This document shows, in pieces, positions 50,970 to 64,000 of a DNA stretch of 64,000 nucleotides. Each line of letters opens with the position of its first letter. Position 1 is the first letter of the stretch. Below the pieces are notes generated by a model. The model made no database searches. It saw nothing but the letters and a program-made list of their open reading frames with translations, and was not told the origin of the DNA. Source of the DNA: Cystobasidiomycetes sp. EMM_F5 (taxonomy: Eukaryota); the NCBI GenBank assembly GCA_051047955.1, contig JBPGPT010000025.1:62001-126000 (forward strand), given 5' to 3'. A program made the position numbers and the translations under genes.

Positions 50970-53900
50970 ATGGGCCTCTCAAAAGCTGCGCACCCCGATA
51001 CCGGGACCGTCGTCAAGGTTATTCCCGCAGCACAGAGCGACCGCTTTAGTTTCCAAGCGCCAGCTCCAGCATCCCTCGTCATGGCAGGCGACACGTCTCG
51101 GACTTCATATACGAGCACCTCGCCCCGTCGACCAGCTCATCGGATCCGACCTACCCCGCTCAGACTGTATCGAGCTACCTTTCCATCGCCGACCAATCAT
51201 GCCCACCAGTACACGAGCGGTGTGACAAATTCCACTCCGATATACTGGCGCAACGCGAGAAGTTACTACGTTCCAACCTCCTCGTCGTCCTTTAGCAACA
51301 ACACCTCCATCCCATCGTCCTTCTCGTTCGGATCGCCTCCGTACTCTTCGTCCGTCGACACGGTCGAGGGCTATGCGACACCAGCTGCAAGGCCTGTCGC
51401 GACACGACTGACAGGGCCTTCGTCAGGAAGACTGAGCGACGGTCCAGAGCACAGCCTGCCAATCTCTTCATCGACCAGGCAGGCCTTGGACGCAACTGCT
51501 CCAACACCGTTTGCCACTCCTTTGTCGACGACCAACTCGGCATCCCATCGCAGCTACATCGACGACAGTCTCAACAGCGACAACTCTGGTGCTCGTCGAT
51601 ACCCAGCTGGCTACCTCGTCTTTCCTGCCAGCTCCCGCTCTTCAACGAATGTTACTGCGGTTCCAGTTGCGCCGGATCTTGGTCAACCACCATCGCCCTT
51701 CTCCTCGTTCCATCCGCACTACTCTGGCGGTGTACGGCAGCAGCTGTACATGAAGCCTAGTCGACGATATACGCTGCAGGAACAGGGTAGTAGCGATATG
51801 AGTATGCATGCCGTCCCTTCAGCAGCTAATGCGACTACGGCTCCCTCTCACAGGCCGACCTTCTCGACAACCGTTCTGCCTGCTGCTGTTGATAGCGACA
51901 AACAGGAGCGCGCTGTGACTGGTCTGCACTCGCATCCCACACCACCCTCTGCCATATCGTCTAGCGATTCCTCTGCTCCTTCTTCTCCCCCAACTCCCTT
52001 CCCGTTCGCAACCTCGCCCGTCTCACGCAAGCGGACTGCCAGTGCTGCTCAGCTTGTACCGCATCCCGACCAACCCATGGACGACAACGGTGACCACGAC
52101 ATTGACCGCAACGCCTTGTTGTCGACCTCATCCCCATCTTCCAAGCATGCCCGGCTCGAGGTCACCCACCCATCGACCACAGCCCACCGCAGTCCTCACC
52201 TCCACGACATTGACGCTGCCCTCCTCTCTGCCGCTGCGTGAGTCCTGCTTACTCATCATCCCTCGTGGCTGTCCCTGACCCTTTTGTCTCTCCCCTTTTT
52301 CCCGTCCCTGACCATGTCTCACTGGATCCCGGGACCTTTTTGCCCACTTTTTTTCTTTTTCCGTTGAACGGCTGACCGTTGCTGACCGTTGACCGTTTGT
52401 CTCTCCTCGTTTTCAACGGCGGCGGCGGTCTGTGCGCCGCATGCTCGGGCAATGCGCAAAACAGAGGGGCACGTGACGAGGTGGAGATGGTGCGCGTCAA
52501 GCTCGAGGAGGACGGGGACGCGTCGGGGAGGACGGCGGGAAAGGGCAGCGAAAGCGGAGAAAGGCAGCGTGGAAACACCCCAGAACATCAACGCGGAAGG
52601 AGAGTGGGAACGAGCAGCCATCACGCTGCCGGTCCAATCAGCGGAGGGCAATCCACGTCGAGGGCACTCGCCGGAAGCACAAGCACATCAGACTCGCTGA
52701 AGCGTCCGCTGTCGGCCCCTCACGCAGATCATCCCAACAAGTCGCGCGCCAGGCCAGTCGGGCGTCATTCCATTGGTGCAGCTGCACCGCCCGTCGAGCC
52801 AGAGGGAGGAGAGGATGCTCCCACCCCGCTGCTGCATGTACAGGCAGCCTCTACTCCTGTCATTCACGCACCGCCCACCCCGTCCGCATCTACCTCTCGC
52901 AGAGCCAATCCAACCAGCGCAGCTATGCGGCCAGTTCGCTCAGATCCTGGTCCTGTACAGGCGCCCAGACACCCGTACAGCAAGAAGGAATCTCGTGAGT
53001 CAATCATTATCGGGAACGGGAACAGCAAAGCGAGACTGACGATTCGACACTAGATCAACACAAACACAGTCTTTCTGCAGTGGACAAGCCGCCTTTGCGA
53101 ACGTATCCGTCAGACAACCCGCGCAATATGGCAGCTGCCAGTGGTTCAGGTAGCAGTCTTGCATCTCGTCGAGGCGCGGAGGCTCAGGAGAAGGCTGCTC
53201 ACCTATCCATCAAGACTGTCATTCCCTCTATAAGGCCGCGCGAACACGGTCGCATGCAATCGATTCCCGAGGGTGTACAGTCCTTGCAGGCCTCGTCGCA
53301 CCGACCAGCCCTTCATATGCCAGGTATGCAACATGTAGTCATGGCTTCCTCCCAGCCTAGCCCTACTATTGCCAAATCGCTAAACTCTGCAAAAGCCACT
53401 CCAAGACAGAGTACGTTTGCCCAAGCCCAGGCACAGGCGAACTATTTCGCAGAGACTGCAGCTGGTCATACAATATATCAGTCACAGATGCAGCCTCAGA
53501 CCGCCATGGCTCAATCAATGTCGTCGCCTAGGACGGCTGGTCCGTCAAATATTCAGGCACGTCCGGGAAGCAGTAGCGATGCAGGCATGCATATCGACAC
53601 CTCTCTGACTGGCCCACCCAACACTCAAGCCTTCCAGCGCCACCCAACTACCCAGACACAAAGTCAGGCTCGTCGAAGTATACCATCTACTGCACCGTTA
53701 CCCTCTGCTCCCATCATGACGGCAAGCATGCATGGCCCCGTCATTACAGCATACGTCAGCGATCCTCCAGTTGGCTCACCTCGGCCATTGGCGCACATTG
53801 CGCCTCGCAACATGCAGGTCCAGCACCAGCAGCATCACAGCTATCCGCAGTCTATACCGAATACCGCAAGACTAGCTTCCAGCATGCCTGCAACCGCTTA

Positions 53901-54531
53901 CCCTGTCGAGAGCGGAACAGGCGGGTATCGGACACCTCGAAGCATGAGGGCAACGCAAATGTCTGCATATGGCAATCTCCTCGATTCCGTGGCTATTCTC
54001 GATGACCAGCGCGCTCAGCTTACGGACTCAATGGCCGGTCTCCAAGGCACCCTAGTTCAGCACGTGCAGGATACGCGAGCCTCCTTTGACAGATACGAGC
54101 GCGACGTAATGACTGCAATGGCAGACATCTCACGTCAGCTTCGTGATGAGGTGACGCACTTCAAGGAGACGGTAAGTGTCGAACAGCAGGAATTCGAGAG
54201 GCGCATTGTGCAGCTCGAAGAAAAAGTTGGCATTCTCGTCAATAATAGGACAAGCTCGGTCGCCACTGAGCGTCAAGCAGAATCTGCCACTCTTGCCGAG
54301 CGCTTTGATGCTCTCGAAAGAATGGTGGGCACCCTCTCGAGCAGTCTCGGGAAGCCATCCGGAGACGATACGACTGAGGCGGTCACCTCTGACAATGCAG
54401 CCAGCTATCCGAGCGTGCTCAGAAGGAACAGTGCATCGTCCCTGTCTCAGCGAAGCCGTCCATTACCCGGCGCATCTTCAGTAACATCATCATCGCGCGC
54501 GGAATCAAGTGTACGCGGTAAACAATCTTGA
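50970..54531 (+). CDS. Large low-complexity (Ser/Pro/Ala-rich) hypothetical protein with C-terminal coiled coil; start uncertain
   Basis: Three long ORFs joined in frame by GT-AG introns (~52238-52464 and ~52995-53080); heptad-like segment LLDSVAILDDQRAQL...FERRIVQLEEKV...LAERFDALERMV. Confidence 0.65.
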
Positions 54532-54694
54532 AAGCTACTTCTTTAGAATCATCATCAGTTGGTGGGGTATCGCTTGGAGTTTGTGAGAGCGGGAAGTAGT
54601 GGTAATGGAGTGAACGTGTAGCATTATTTAGATTCCGATTAACGCAAACAGGGGTTGTATCGGCATTGCTTTCTGTGACACCGCTGGAACAAGC

Positions 54695-57282
54695 TCAAAT
54701 TTCGCCCTCCTCCTTGTCTTCGTCCAATTTTTGGCGTTTGGCTTCGGGCACATCCTTGTCGCCTGCTTTCCGCCTCGACGACGTGGAACTTGACGGCTTG
54801 TTTGATTCCCGTTCGTGCCTTTTGCATGACAGCCTCTCATTTTCTTCGTCTCCTCCTTCACGACGATGACGTTTGCTGTCGTCGTCGCGTCGCCTATCCG
54901 AATCTTTTTCACGAGTACGATCACGAGACCTGTCTCTCACACGATCGTCATCACGATGTGAACGATGTGAGCGGGACTCTCGATCCCGTTCGCGGTCACG
55001 CTCGCGGTTGCGATCTGTTTCGCGTTCAGATTCCTTGTTCCGCTTCTTGTCCTTCTCCCGGCCACTGTCTCGCTCCCGTTCTCGTTCGCGATCTCGCTGT
55101 CTATCATCTCCTCGTTCACGGTCGCGATCGCGTTCACGAGCTTTGTCCTTTGTGTTCTCCCTGTCTCTCTCCGGGGATCGCTCTCGATCCCTACCACGAG
55201 ACTGTTCGGTTTCGCGGTCTCGTTCAGCTTCCCGTGATTTGTATGATCTACGATCGCTTTCGTGACGACCGGTGTCGCGGTCTTTTGCACGATCTCTATC
55301 ACGATTGTCCGGTGACCGAGCATCCCTCGAGCGAGCAGGAGAAGCCGGGGCTATTGAATCAAGTAAAGAAGGCTCACCGACTCGAGACGACAAGCCTTTA
55401 TTGCGCTTCGACCGACTAGTTGTGCTCTCGGTATCTGAACCGTAGCCATTGCGACCACGATCTCGTTCACCTAGCCTATCCTTTAATCGCTGGAGATTCT
55501 TGTCAAAAGCAGCCTTCCGAGCGTCGTCTTGACCTTCCAATTCCTTGAACTCTGAAAGATCTTGCATTCTTACTAGAGCTTGCTCGTACGTGGTATGGGA
55601 ATCCAGAGGCGGATTGAGCTTCTTTAAAGCATAGCGTAAATCGTCAATCTGATGCCGAAGTTTGCGCTCGGCTCGACGTCGTTCATCGCGAGCCTGTTGC
55701 GCGGCACGAGTTTGTAACGCTTTGAACACTGCTTCACGTTCCTCGACTTTGAGGGACGTAAGTCGAGGGTGATCTGCCAATTGTGCATCCCAGTCCTGAA
55801 ACGTTAGGCTGGAATCGAAAGTGACGCCGCGTTCGGAAGCGACATTCTCCATAAGGCGCGTATCCTCTTCAATTCGAGCATCCATCTCGTCGACGACGTC
55901 CCAAAACAGGTCAAGAGGCGATGAGCCAGGATTACCCAGCATGTTGTTGAACCGAACATCATTTTGTATGATTGGAAATACCTCCTTCCATTTTGTACCA
56001 GCTTGTATCTTGCCCTTGGACTTTAGCTCCAACAGTAGCTCGGAATAAGCTTGACGGTTCTTCCGAATATTCCGTTGCCGCTCAATCTTTTGTTTTGACC
56101 GCTTCATCTCCTCTTCTTGTTCTGCCTTCTTGGCAGCTTCTTCATAGACGATCAAAAAGTCGACAGGATCGATGACCTGGAGTTCCGAATCCTCTCGCCA
56201 TATTTTAAGCTGTCTTACGGTATGCGCCACATCCACGAAGCGTGTATGTGAACCGATGTCCATACCGCCAAAGATGGCTGCGAGCTTATCAATATTGGCT
56301 TTGCGAAGATCTGCCATGCGTGTCGCCTCTTTACGCGTAAGCTCGCCCATATATTCACGCCAGAGAGTTTCGCGCTCCGTGTCGTCTCGACTCATACGCC
56401 AGACGTCTGGCATGCGCTCACGGATTTCTCTTGCGGCATGCTCCCAGCTCCACCACGCCTTCATGCCGTAGTCACCCTCCGACATGCGCCCTAGTGCAGT
56501 TCGCCAGGAAGGACGGTTCCGCTCCAAAGACCGCTCTTTGGCGTCTCGCTCTTTTTTGACTATATCGTCGCAGTACTTTTCAAAAGCAGCCTTACGCTCG
56601 CCCAGTGTTTTAAGAGCTCTGAACAAAGGCTGCGTGACAGTCGCCCGCAGAACCTGTTCCCATGTCCAACTTGTTGTCACCCCCTGCGCGCGGAGCATGC
56701 CCATGAAAGCGCGCTCTGCTTCCTCCTTTGTATCGAAATCGAGATTGACTGGGGTAGCACCTGGAGTGGAGTTTACGTTTTGCATGGCCGATGATGGAAT
56801 TCCTTGTCCTGGGACAAATTGGCCAGGAGCAGCGAGCTGCATACTGGCCGGATCCATGGGGAGAGCTGCTGCATCGTTACCTTGGTATGCTTGTATACCA
56901 TTGACATTGATTGGCGTGTTTGCTCCAGAAGCGGCACGGTCTGCAGACCCGTCTACGGCCCTCTTGGCTGCAATATCTGCTGCAGCTTCATCCACCTTTG
57001 CCTTTACATCTGCTGGGAGCTCCCATACGGTGTTGTTTTCGGGTCCTACATAGTATGGTTTCCCACTGCTCTCGTAGCCTTTCCATCCGACTTGGGATAA
57101 CGCCAGTTCGAACGGGGTTTTCAGTTCCTCTGGTTTCTGGCAGAAATAAAGGCGTAGGCTTTGAGCTTTGTACGTCTTCACTCGTCATCTGCGCTCACCT
57201 CCCATACAGACTGCTGCGTCGCGGGATTGTACCAGTATATGCGGCCGTTTGCGGCTTCACGGTGTTCTGTCCACGCTGCCAT
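54695..57282 (-). CDS. PRP40: U1 snRNP protein Prp40 (2 WW domains, FF repeats, RD/RE/RS-rich tail)
   Basis: WTEHREAANGRIYWYNPATQQSVWE|KPEELKTPFE; WKGYESSGKPYY...TVWELP; EAERAFMGML...WTWEQV; LGNPGSSPLDLFWDVV; KEEGEI* end. Confidence 0.95.
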
Positions 57283-57441
57283 GGCGGATGTTTGAGATAC
57301 AATAGGCTACCCAATTGTGAGCTAAAACTGATAATGTTATCAGAGTATTGGCATATTAGTCTGGTATTTGGAGCAGAAGCAAGCCTGAAATCTTGAAAGA
57401 AATGACCGTCTTGCCCGGACGCCGACTGAAAGAACGCTGCC

Positions 57442-59080
57442 ATGTCGAGCAACGACAACGACGACGAGCTCGAGCACTTCAGGCGAGTGCCGTGAGCGAG
57501 GAGTTGGGGTCGCGGTTGGCTGATGGAAAGGCTGGATATCCAGGCAGCAATGGAAATCCGAGCTGCAGCATCAGACAAAGACGGCGAATACTTCGATAGT
57601 CCAGAGCGGAGCATTGGATACCGCTGCTCATGACGGCCAGGCTGCCGCGAAAGCGTCATTTCTGGACAGAGCTCCCCCGATATCGATATCGCAAACGAGC
57701 AACGCTGGGCTATCAGAAAAGGCAGCGACATCGGGAAAGGGCAAGGAGCGCGTCGTAGTCAATGATGTGGCTCCCAGTCTCGAGACTATCCAAGATGCTG
57801 TCGAATTGTACAGCCAGGCCGTCATTGCCGAGCGTCAAGGTAGGGTCAACGATGCTCTCAAGGCTTATCGACTGGCTTTCCGCAAGAATGACGAAGTGGA
57901 CAAGCTATACCACCGCCAGCAGGCTCGCGTCAGTGCAAAGGAGGCCGAGCAGAGAAAGACGCCTGAAGACGTCGACTCTTTGGCTTTTGAATACGAAAGA
58001 ACGCTCCAGATCGAGCCAGATTATGACACGAAGCGCAACAAGACCCGCGACAGCACCCAATCCTACGTCGATAAGCTTATGCAGTCTTTCACTGAACACC
58101 CCTACGACCCCGAGGATCCTCGTCGAGAAAAGCAAGTCGTTCCCATAACACCGAAGAATGGCACCGCTCCAGTTCAGGTTTTTCATCGACGCTCAACACT
58201 TCGCTCAATGCCAATTGAAAAGCTGCCGGATGAAATTCTGCTATCTATATTGTCGCATCTGACCGCGCTCACTCCACGCGCAAGGTATCCCGATGTGTCA
58301 TCGCTGGAACGCGGTTGGTCTCTATCGTGCAGAAAGGCTCGAATAATGTCCTTGCAAGCTACCAATATCTGGAGAGATATGTGTTTAGGCGTGTACATTG
58401 CGCCACTGCAAATTCCCTTACTACCGGCTATACATCCAGAGGCAGACGGTACGGACTTCCAGCAGGAGCGGCACTCTGACCCGAATCCATGCAGCAGAGT
58501 GTGCATGGAGCAATACAAGGGTGACTGGCGTCGAATGTGGCTGGAACATCCGCGTATCCGTACAGACGGAGTTTACATCTCGCAAATAACTTATTTGCGT
58601 AGGGGCGCTCAGGATGGTTCATTCTACGATCCTACTCATCTAGTCACATACTACCGGTACCTTGTCTTTCTTCCGTCCGGTGACGTCGTGAGCTTGTTAT
58701 CACACGAGGCACCCACAAGCGTGGTCCCGACTTTACTGTCGGCCGCACACAACAAGCAGCCCGCGGCTGGATATACCGTTGGCCGCTGGCGAATCTTGCA
58801 TCGAGACGCGACATCTTCGTCTGATCGGCAGTCAAACTCTACACTCGTTCAGCTGTCGTCTCTGGAGGATCCTCGCGTATCTAGCCCTCGAGACATTAAA
58901 TACTCATTCAAGATGCTGTGTCAATTGAAATCTACAGCCAGAGGCCGAATGAACAAGCTCGAGATGATTTCTCTGATGACTCTCAATCATCGCACTAACG
59001 ATGAAAGCCCTATTCCTATCAAGCAGGCGAACAATTCTCGACCGACGTTTTTCTTTAGCCGCGTCCTGAGCTATGATTGA
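57442..59080 (+). CDS. HRT3: F-box protein Hrt3/Pof7/FBXO9-like
   Basis: First exon MSSNDNDDELEHF spliced via a GC-AG intron (57483-57543) to RQQWKSEL; AVELYSQAVIAERQG..NDALKAYRLAF; F-box IEKLPDEILLSIL; PRIRTDGVYIS..TY.R.G; HLVTYYRYL.F; PTFFFSRVLSY. Confidence 0.9.
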
Positions 59081-59310
59081 CATATCCTGCCGGATTGCAA
59101 TCCTCGCCAAGCAGTGTAGCCAGTCAGCAGTGCAAGAGTACGCTAGCTCGCCGCTCTTAGCTGCCGTATCAACGTAAAGTGTAGCTGTATGTACTGTAGA
59201 CACAAATTGCATTCACAGCAGCATCTCTTGTATATTTGCATCTGTCTATAGCCTACAACAACATTTACTCATTTACGAGACCGACTCGTGGCCTAGACCG
59301 TTGATCACTG

Positions 59311-61611
59311 CTAACCTTCGGCCGCGGCGGGAGCCTCGGGATTGCGTTTGCCAGCTTGCGTCAATGCTTCGAGAAGAGTAACGTAGCCTTTCCATGCATC
59401 GACCACTCCCATCTGTCGTTTCACCATTCCTGAAGTATATCTCTGAACAGCCTTTCTGAAGTCATCGACCTTTTCGCGATCCAAGCGTTGCAGTTCTCGC
59501 TTCAGTAATGAAGAGGTTTCTTCAAAATCGCGCTTGGTAGAAATCGCTTTGCGCTCGGACTGAAAAGTACATGAATCAGGGCGACCGCCTTGCACATTTA
59601 TAATGGATACTCACCTCAGCAATCTCGAATAGGGCGTGTGTGGTCAAGTCTGGATTAGTGCGCGCTTGCTTCTTTGCTTTGTCTTGGTTGGCTCGAGCTG
59701 CTTTGACTGCATTCTCGGCGCGCTGCCATGTGTAATATACCTTTATGCGAGCCTGGAATGCCATCTAATATTATCCGCGTCAGAACGACAGCAATAAAGG
59801 ATACAGATTAAAATGTCACATACCCGTATGCTGCCGATCAGTCTCATGTACTGTTCAGCGGTAACGAGAAGGACAGCCTCCTCTTCGCAAGCAAGCTGGT
59901 CAAAAGCTTCAGCTCGCATGCGCTGCAGTTGAGCGAGATGATTGACGGCGTCCTTCACGGGCTGACTTAATTCGCAGGTTGACATGGCATTCAAGGCGTT
60001 TGCTAATTCGGTTGAAGAAGCTGCAGTAGCGCCTCGGAGCTTGATTGAAGTCGCCAAAGAAGCTGTGAGAGCCTTTATAGATGTCTCAAAGGCATCTGTC
60101 GACGACCGGCGGGCCTCGAAAAAATCGTCAAATTCGACAAAGCGGGGAGAGGTCAAGGAGGACAGGGAAAAGAAGCGTGACGCCGTAGATGTCGATGCAT
60201 CGGGAGAAGAAGCTGCCTGTATCGCAGCGGAACGGTGTTTGATGTCGGTATGGAAAGTATCGCTTTCGAGAAACAAGCGAAGATCAGGATCGGTATACAG
60301 CATATGATGCTGAAGTATGTGAGTTAGGCATGACTGCAGAGCAAGCCGTCTAGACTCCACGAAAGATTGAGAGAAGCGGCCTAAGCGGTGTGTCAGCGAA
60401 AAGTTGCAGCTGACACGAATGAGATCCACCTTACCGACAACAGCCTTGTCTGGTGGTGGCGGAACCACCACGCCTGGATTATTTTCGTTGAGCCGCTCTA
60501 CAAGCCACAGGAAATCTCTGAAGCGCCGCAAGACTGAAAAATCCTTTTTCCGAAACGCCGTGCTTGAGGTGCGTGTGCGGACCGTATACACGGTATGCGA
60601 TGTGAGAGGGTCTCCGAGCGAGAGCGTCGAAGATACCTTGGTCGGATCGCCTACCGTCACGACGAAGGACGGCCGCCCAGAAGGCTCGTCCTCGAGATTG
60701 GGCGTAAAACTTTGCGGCTCTGGCCTGATTAGCATGCCAGGCTGACTGCGGACGCTGGCAACGTCACTTTCGAGTCCGATGGTCCGGATACTGCCAGTAT
60801 CATCGTGATGGTCGCCGGCATGTAGGTATCTCTTAGTAATCAACCCATTGTCCAGCGAGCCATTGGCATGTGGTTGATTGTCTTCATCGATCGTCGTCGT
60901 ATGATGATGTGCCGGACGTGGCTCATCGTGTTCACCGAAGCCCCCAAGCTGGTCTATGTCCAAAACGGGAACCTGCGACTGTATTCGATGATCCTGTTCG
61001 GTCCACGGGGACTCCATGGGTTCTCGGTGCGGGTCATTCTGAGTGTAGCCGTCTATGCTATTGACCGATGACCGCCTGGTGAGAAACTGCGGGTCTGCAT
61101 TTTCGGCTATGCGAGCTTGAGCGACGCCGTGCATGATAGCTTCTGGCAATGTCGCGTTATCAGCAGCTACAGCCCGCACGTCGAGCTCTGAAGTCGTCCG
61201 CGAAGCCATGGGACTGACGACCACTCTGTCGTTGTCAGCTTCGGCGCCCGCATCCAACGAGGACGAGCGCGTCGAGATGTTGAGAGCTTCGCTGGCTACG
61301 CTGTTATCGTTAGTCGCAGCAGTCTTTCCTGGCGAGGTCAGTCCATTCTGATGCGGCGACGTCAAGGTCGATATCGTGTCGGCGGATGCAGCGATGGCGC
61401 TGTCGTAGTCTCCAAAGGCAGCTACACCGCTGCTCTGCAAGTCTGCAAACGGGTTGCTGCTCATCCCGTCGTCCCACGGAGCTCCAAAGCCATTATTGCT
61501 GCTGATGATTCGCGGTGACCGCGGTGACCCGCTCGCAGACAGGCTGCTCCCTCGTCTGATGGCCCCGCTGGGCGACGTCGGGGCGCCAAACAGGTCATCA
61601 AAGTCGTTCAT
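59311..61611 (-). CDS. VPS5: Sorting nexin Vps5 (PX + BAR), retromer
   Basis: FVVTVGDPTKV...HTVYTVRTRT...FSVLRRFRDFLWL...NPGVVVPPPPDKAVV|GRF...FVESRR..L; DPDLRLFLES; BAR helices ELQRLDREKVDDFR. Confidence 0.92.
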
Positions 61612-61721
61612 GGTTTCATGATTGGCCGGTCGAAAGTCAAAAGCGGAAGCCAAGTTTGGTTTGTGCGATAGTATTCTGCAACAACACTTTGATTACGTAC
61701 GTACACTGCACATCCGCCTTC

Positions 61722-63447
61722 TCAATCACTCCTTGCCCTTGCAAATATCCTCGGATTGTCGTACAGATCCGTGTGCCGGATCATGAAGACGATAGTGACG
61801 AAACAGAGGAGGCTGAGAATGACAAAGGTGACTGATTTGAGAAAGGCCGGCTCGGCGTAGATATCGGGAAGACGACCTTGCTCGCCGTCGACGAGCACGT
61901 CGCGAATTGCCCGCTCAAAGTTGCGTCCCAGAACAGGCAGGTCGAAGTGCGCTTTTACTCGGAGTTTCCCCTCTTCTCGGTACGCCTGCCGCGTATCTAC
62001 GTCGAGACCTACAAAGTATGCTATAGCATCTGCCCAAATCGCGGGTTGTGAGGCTCGGAGCAACCCGGTCTTGCCTTCCACAATCGTTTCGAGCGGGCCT
62101 CCAGAATTGCTAGCTATAATTGGGAGACCGCACCCCATAGCTTCTAGTGGCACGATACCCAAGTGCTCGAGCGAGGGAGTGTAGAGGAGGCATTTTGTGC
62201 TTTCGGCTTGCATCAGTGCCACTTTCTGCTTGTTGGACAGATTTGTGAGGAACAGGACCTGGACGTCGCTGCCTAGCGATGTGGTGGAGTGAGACAGACC
62301 GCGAACCTTGCAGATGCGTTGCAATTGTTGCAGTGTATCTACGCATGACTGGACACGCTCGTCGTAACCTCCGCCAATAATGAGCCGAGTATTTTCGGGT
62401 ATTGCCTTCCTTTCGAGCGCTATCGCAAACGCCTCGATGGCCAAAAGGACATTTTTCTTGGCTTCGAAGCGGTTGATAGATAGTAGAGTGGGTCGATTGC
62501 TGCTAGATGATTAGCATGCAGCATCTGGCAAGTTGCTTGCCTGTAATGTGAGCGGTAGCTTACCTTGCCAACTCATCGGCTTCGGCCGTGATGCCAAAAC
62601 TCTTTGCATCGATACCGGGGTACACGATTTGTAGCTGGCGATGTACTTGCGGAAAGACCGATTTGAACATTGTAGCAGTAAAGTTGGAATTGACCAGGAT
62701 ACGGTCAGCCTGTGCTGTTGCGCAGCGTTGTATGTTAGTTTGGCGTAAACGCAGCTGCATGACATCACCCCACAAGTCGTAGCCTCCTCGAGCGCGTCCA
62801 CTGGCACACGGTATGCCATCCTCAGTAGGCTCCTTCGCCCTTGCCCCACCACGCCGCCGTCAAAGCCGCTGCGACCCGGCGAGAGGAGGAGATCCGGAAA
62901 GTGGCAGTAAAAGACGACGCGGGTACGAGTAAACCATCGCAGGAGGGGAATGCACGCGGAAAGCTGGTCGACAACGTAAATGTCGGGCGGGGCAAAGCTT
63001 GCGGAGAACCAAGTCCTGTAGAGGAGGGTAAATGTGAGGTGGAGCTGCCGGAGGATGGCCAGCACGATATGGAAGCGGCCTCGGAGGGAGACTGGGAGAG
63101 CGTTGCCCAGGACCGTCACGCTCAGCGTTCCTGCGGTCAGATTGGGAGTAAATCAGCTGGCTTGCATACTCTTTCGCAACTTGGCTCACCGTCGTTGGTC
63201 TCCTCGAAACACCTCGACGGATCCCAATGGGACGTGTAGATGTCGACAGCATGCCCTAGATCCTGCAGACTGCACGCAGCATCGACGACGAGCCGCTCAG
63301 CTCCGCCTGGAGAATATGATAATCAGGAAATGGCCAGCAAGAACTCAGCAATGAGCCAGCTGAATATCCTTGGAAAGCTGCGACCAACGCACCGATACCC
63401 AGGTCGGGGTGGATCCAGCCTACTCGGAGCGGTCGCAGCTCCGACAT
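61722..63447 (-). CDS. ALG2: Alpha-1,3/1,6-mannosyltransferase Alg2 (GT4)
   Basis: [99 protein letters not shown]. Confidence 0.95.
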
Positions 63448-63765
63448 GGCTGGGGTATTAGGGCTGGAGCTGGTCGAAGAATGCATATAGCCCGTGACGA
63501 AACTGACATCGTTTGATTAGGCGACTGACTGCTGATGCCCGCTGTGGAAGCCGACTGGCTGACTATTCCCCACGCTTGTCGAATTGCTGCTCGTCCTCAC
63601 TGCCATGCCAATCTTGGTCGCAACTAACGTCTCAATATTGACAATCCCCGCAAAGGCTCGCTCTCGACAGACGTGCGATGTCAAAGCGTTGTGACTGATT
63701 CGGCATCTGAGCTCTTCATTGTTTAACGCTCGAGCTAGCCCGATATCGATGGACTGCTCTAAACA

Positions 63766-64000
63766 ATGCCAGTGGAAATGCTGCTACAGCCCGGTAATCC
63801 GACACAGAAGCATGCCGCAAGTCGGCAACTACAACTCGCCAGTTGGGATCCTACCGAGCGATATCAAAGTTCAGGAAGCTCTGTCTCTGGGACAACCGAG
63901 GTGACAATTACAGGATCCCCCTGCCTCTGTCCATTACAGGCAGACTTCCCCCAGCTCCAGATTGTCTAGCCCTGCTGTCCTCTAGTCTTGTACGTATAGA
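63766..64000 (+). CDS. Possible 5' end of a gene divergent from ALG2
   Basis: ATG-initiated short ORF ~320 nt from the ALG2 start, near the window edge; no recognisable motif. Confidence 0.2.

Noticed and set aside
54790..55419. Arg/Ser-rich ORFs on the + strand and apparent tandem repeats
   Set aside because: Antisense of the RD/RE-repeat tail of PRP40; coding low complexity, not a separate SR protein or array.
16038..61611. DOA4, VPS16 and VPS5 in one window as a trafficking cluster
   Set aside because: Separated by unrelated genes; trafficking genes are numerous, so co-occurrence is plausibly chance.
61722..63447. ALG2 as part of the glycan cluster
   Set aside because: Universal ER N-glycan housekeeping gene, ~12 kb from the block with unrelated genes in between.

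Overview
Gene-dense eukaryotic DNA from a fungus, most likely a basidiomycete yeast. This is inferred from short ~55-70 nt spliceosomal introns with CTGAC/CTAAC branch points, CAP64- and CAP10-like genes, and very short intergenic spacers. About 22-23 intron-containing protein genes can be reconstructed. Housekeeping genes: RLI1 (3' end), NOP12, a THI74/SLC35F5-like transporter, SNT2, DOA4, VPS16, HAP2, ERG6, PRP40, HRT3, VPS5 and ALG2. Three things stand out. (1) A ~20 kb block (30-50 kb) is dominated by glycan-modifying genes: two head-to-head GT34-like genes, a GT90/CAP10-like gene, an unclassified GT-B-like gene, a very large secreted PIG-L/LmbE de-N-acetylase with seven galactose-binding-like repeats, and a divergently transcribed GT8/GNT1-like transferase. 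A second CAP64-like + GT-like pair lies at 1-6 kb. (2) A tandem pair of hydrophilin genes shares an uncharacterised 'REIEGHF...TGGVP' motif, and the larger one has plant dehydrin K-segment-like repeats; the smaller gene is invisible in the ORF track. (3) At least five GC-AG introns are required to keep reading frames intact. No rRNA, tRNA, CRISPR or transposon was recognised. All exon boundaries and family assignments were made by eye without database searches.
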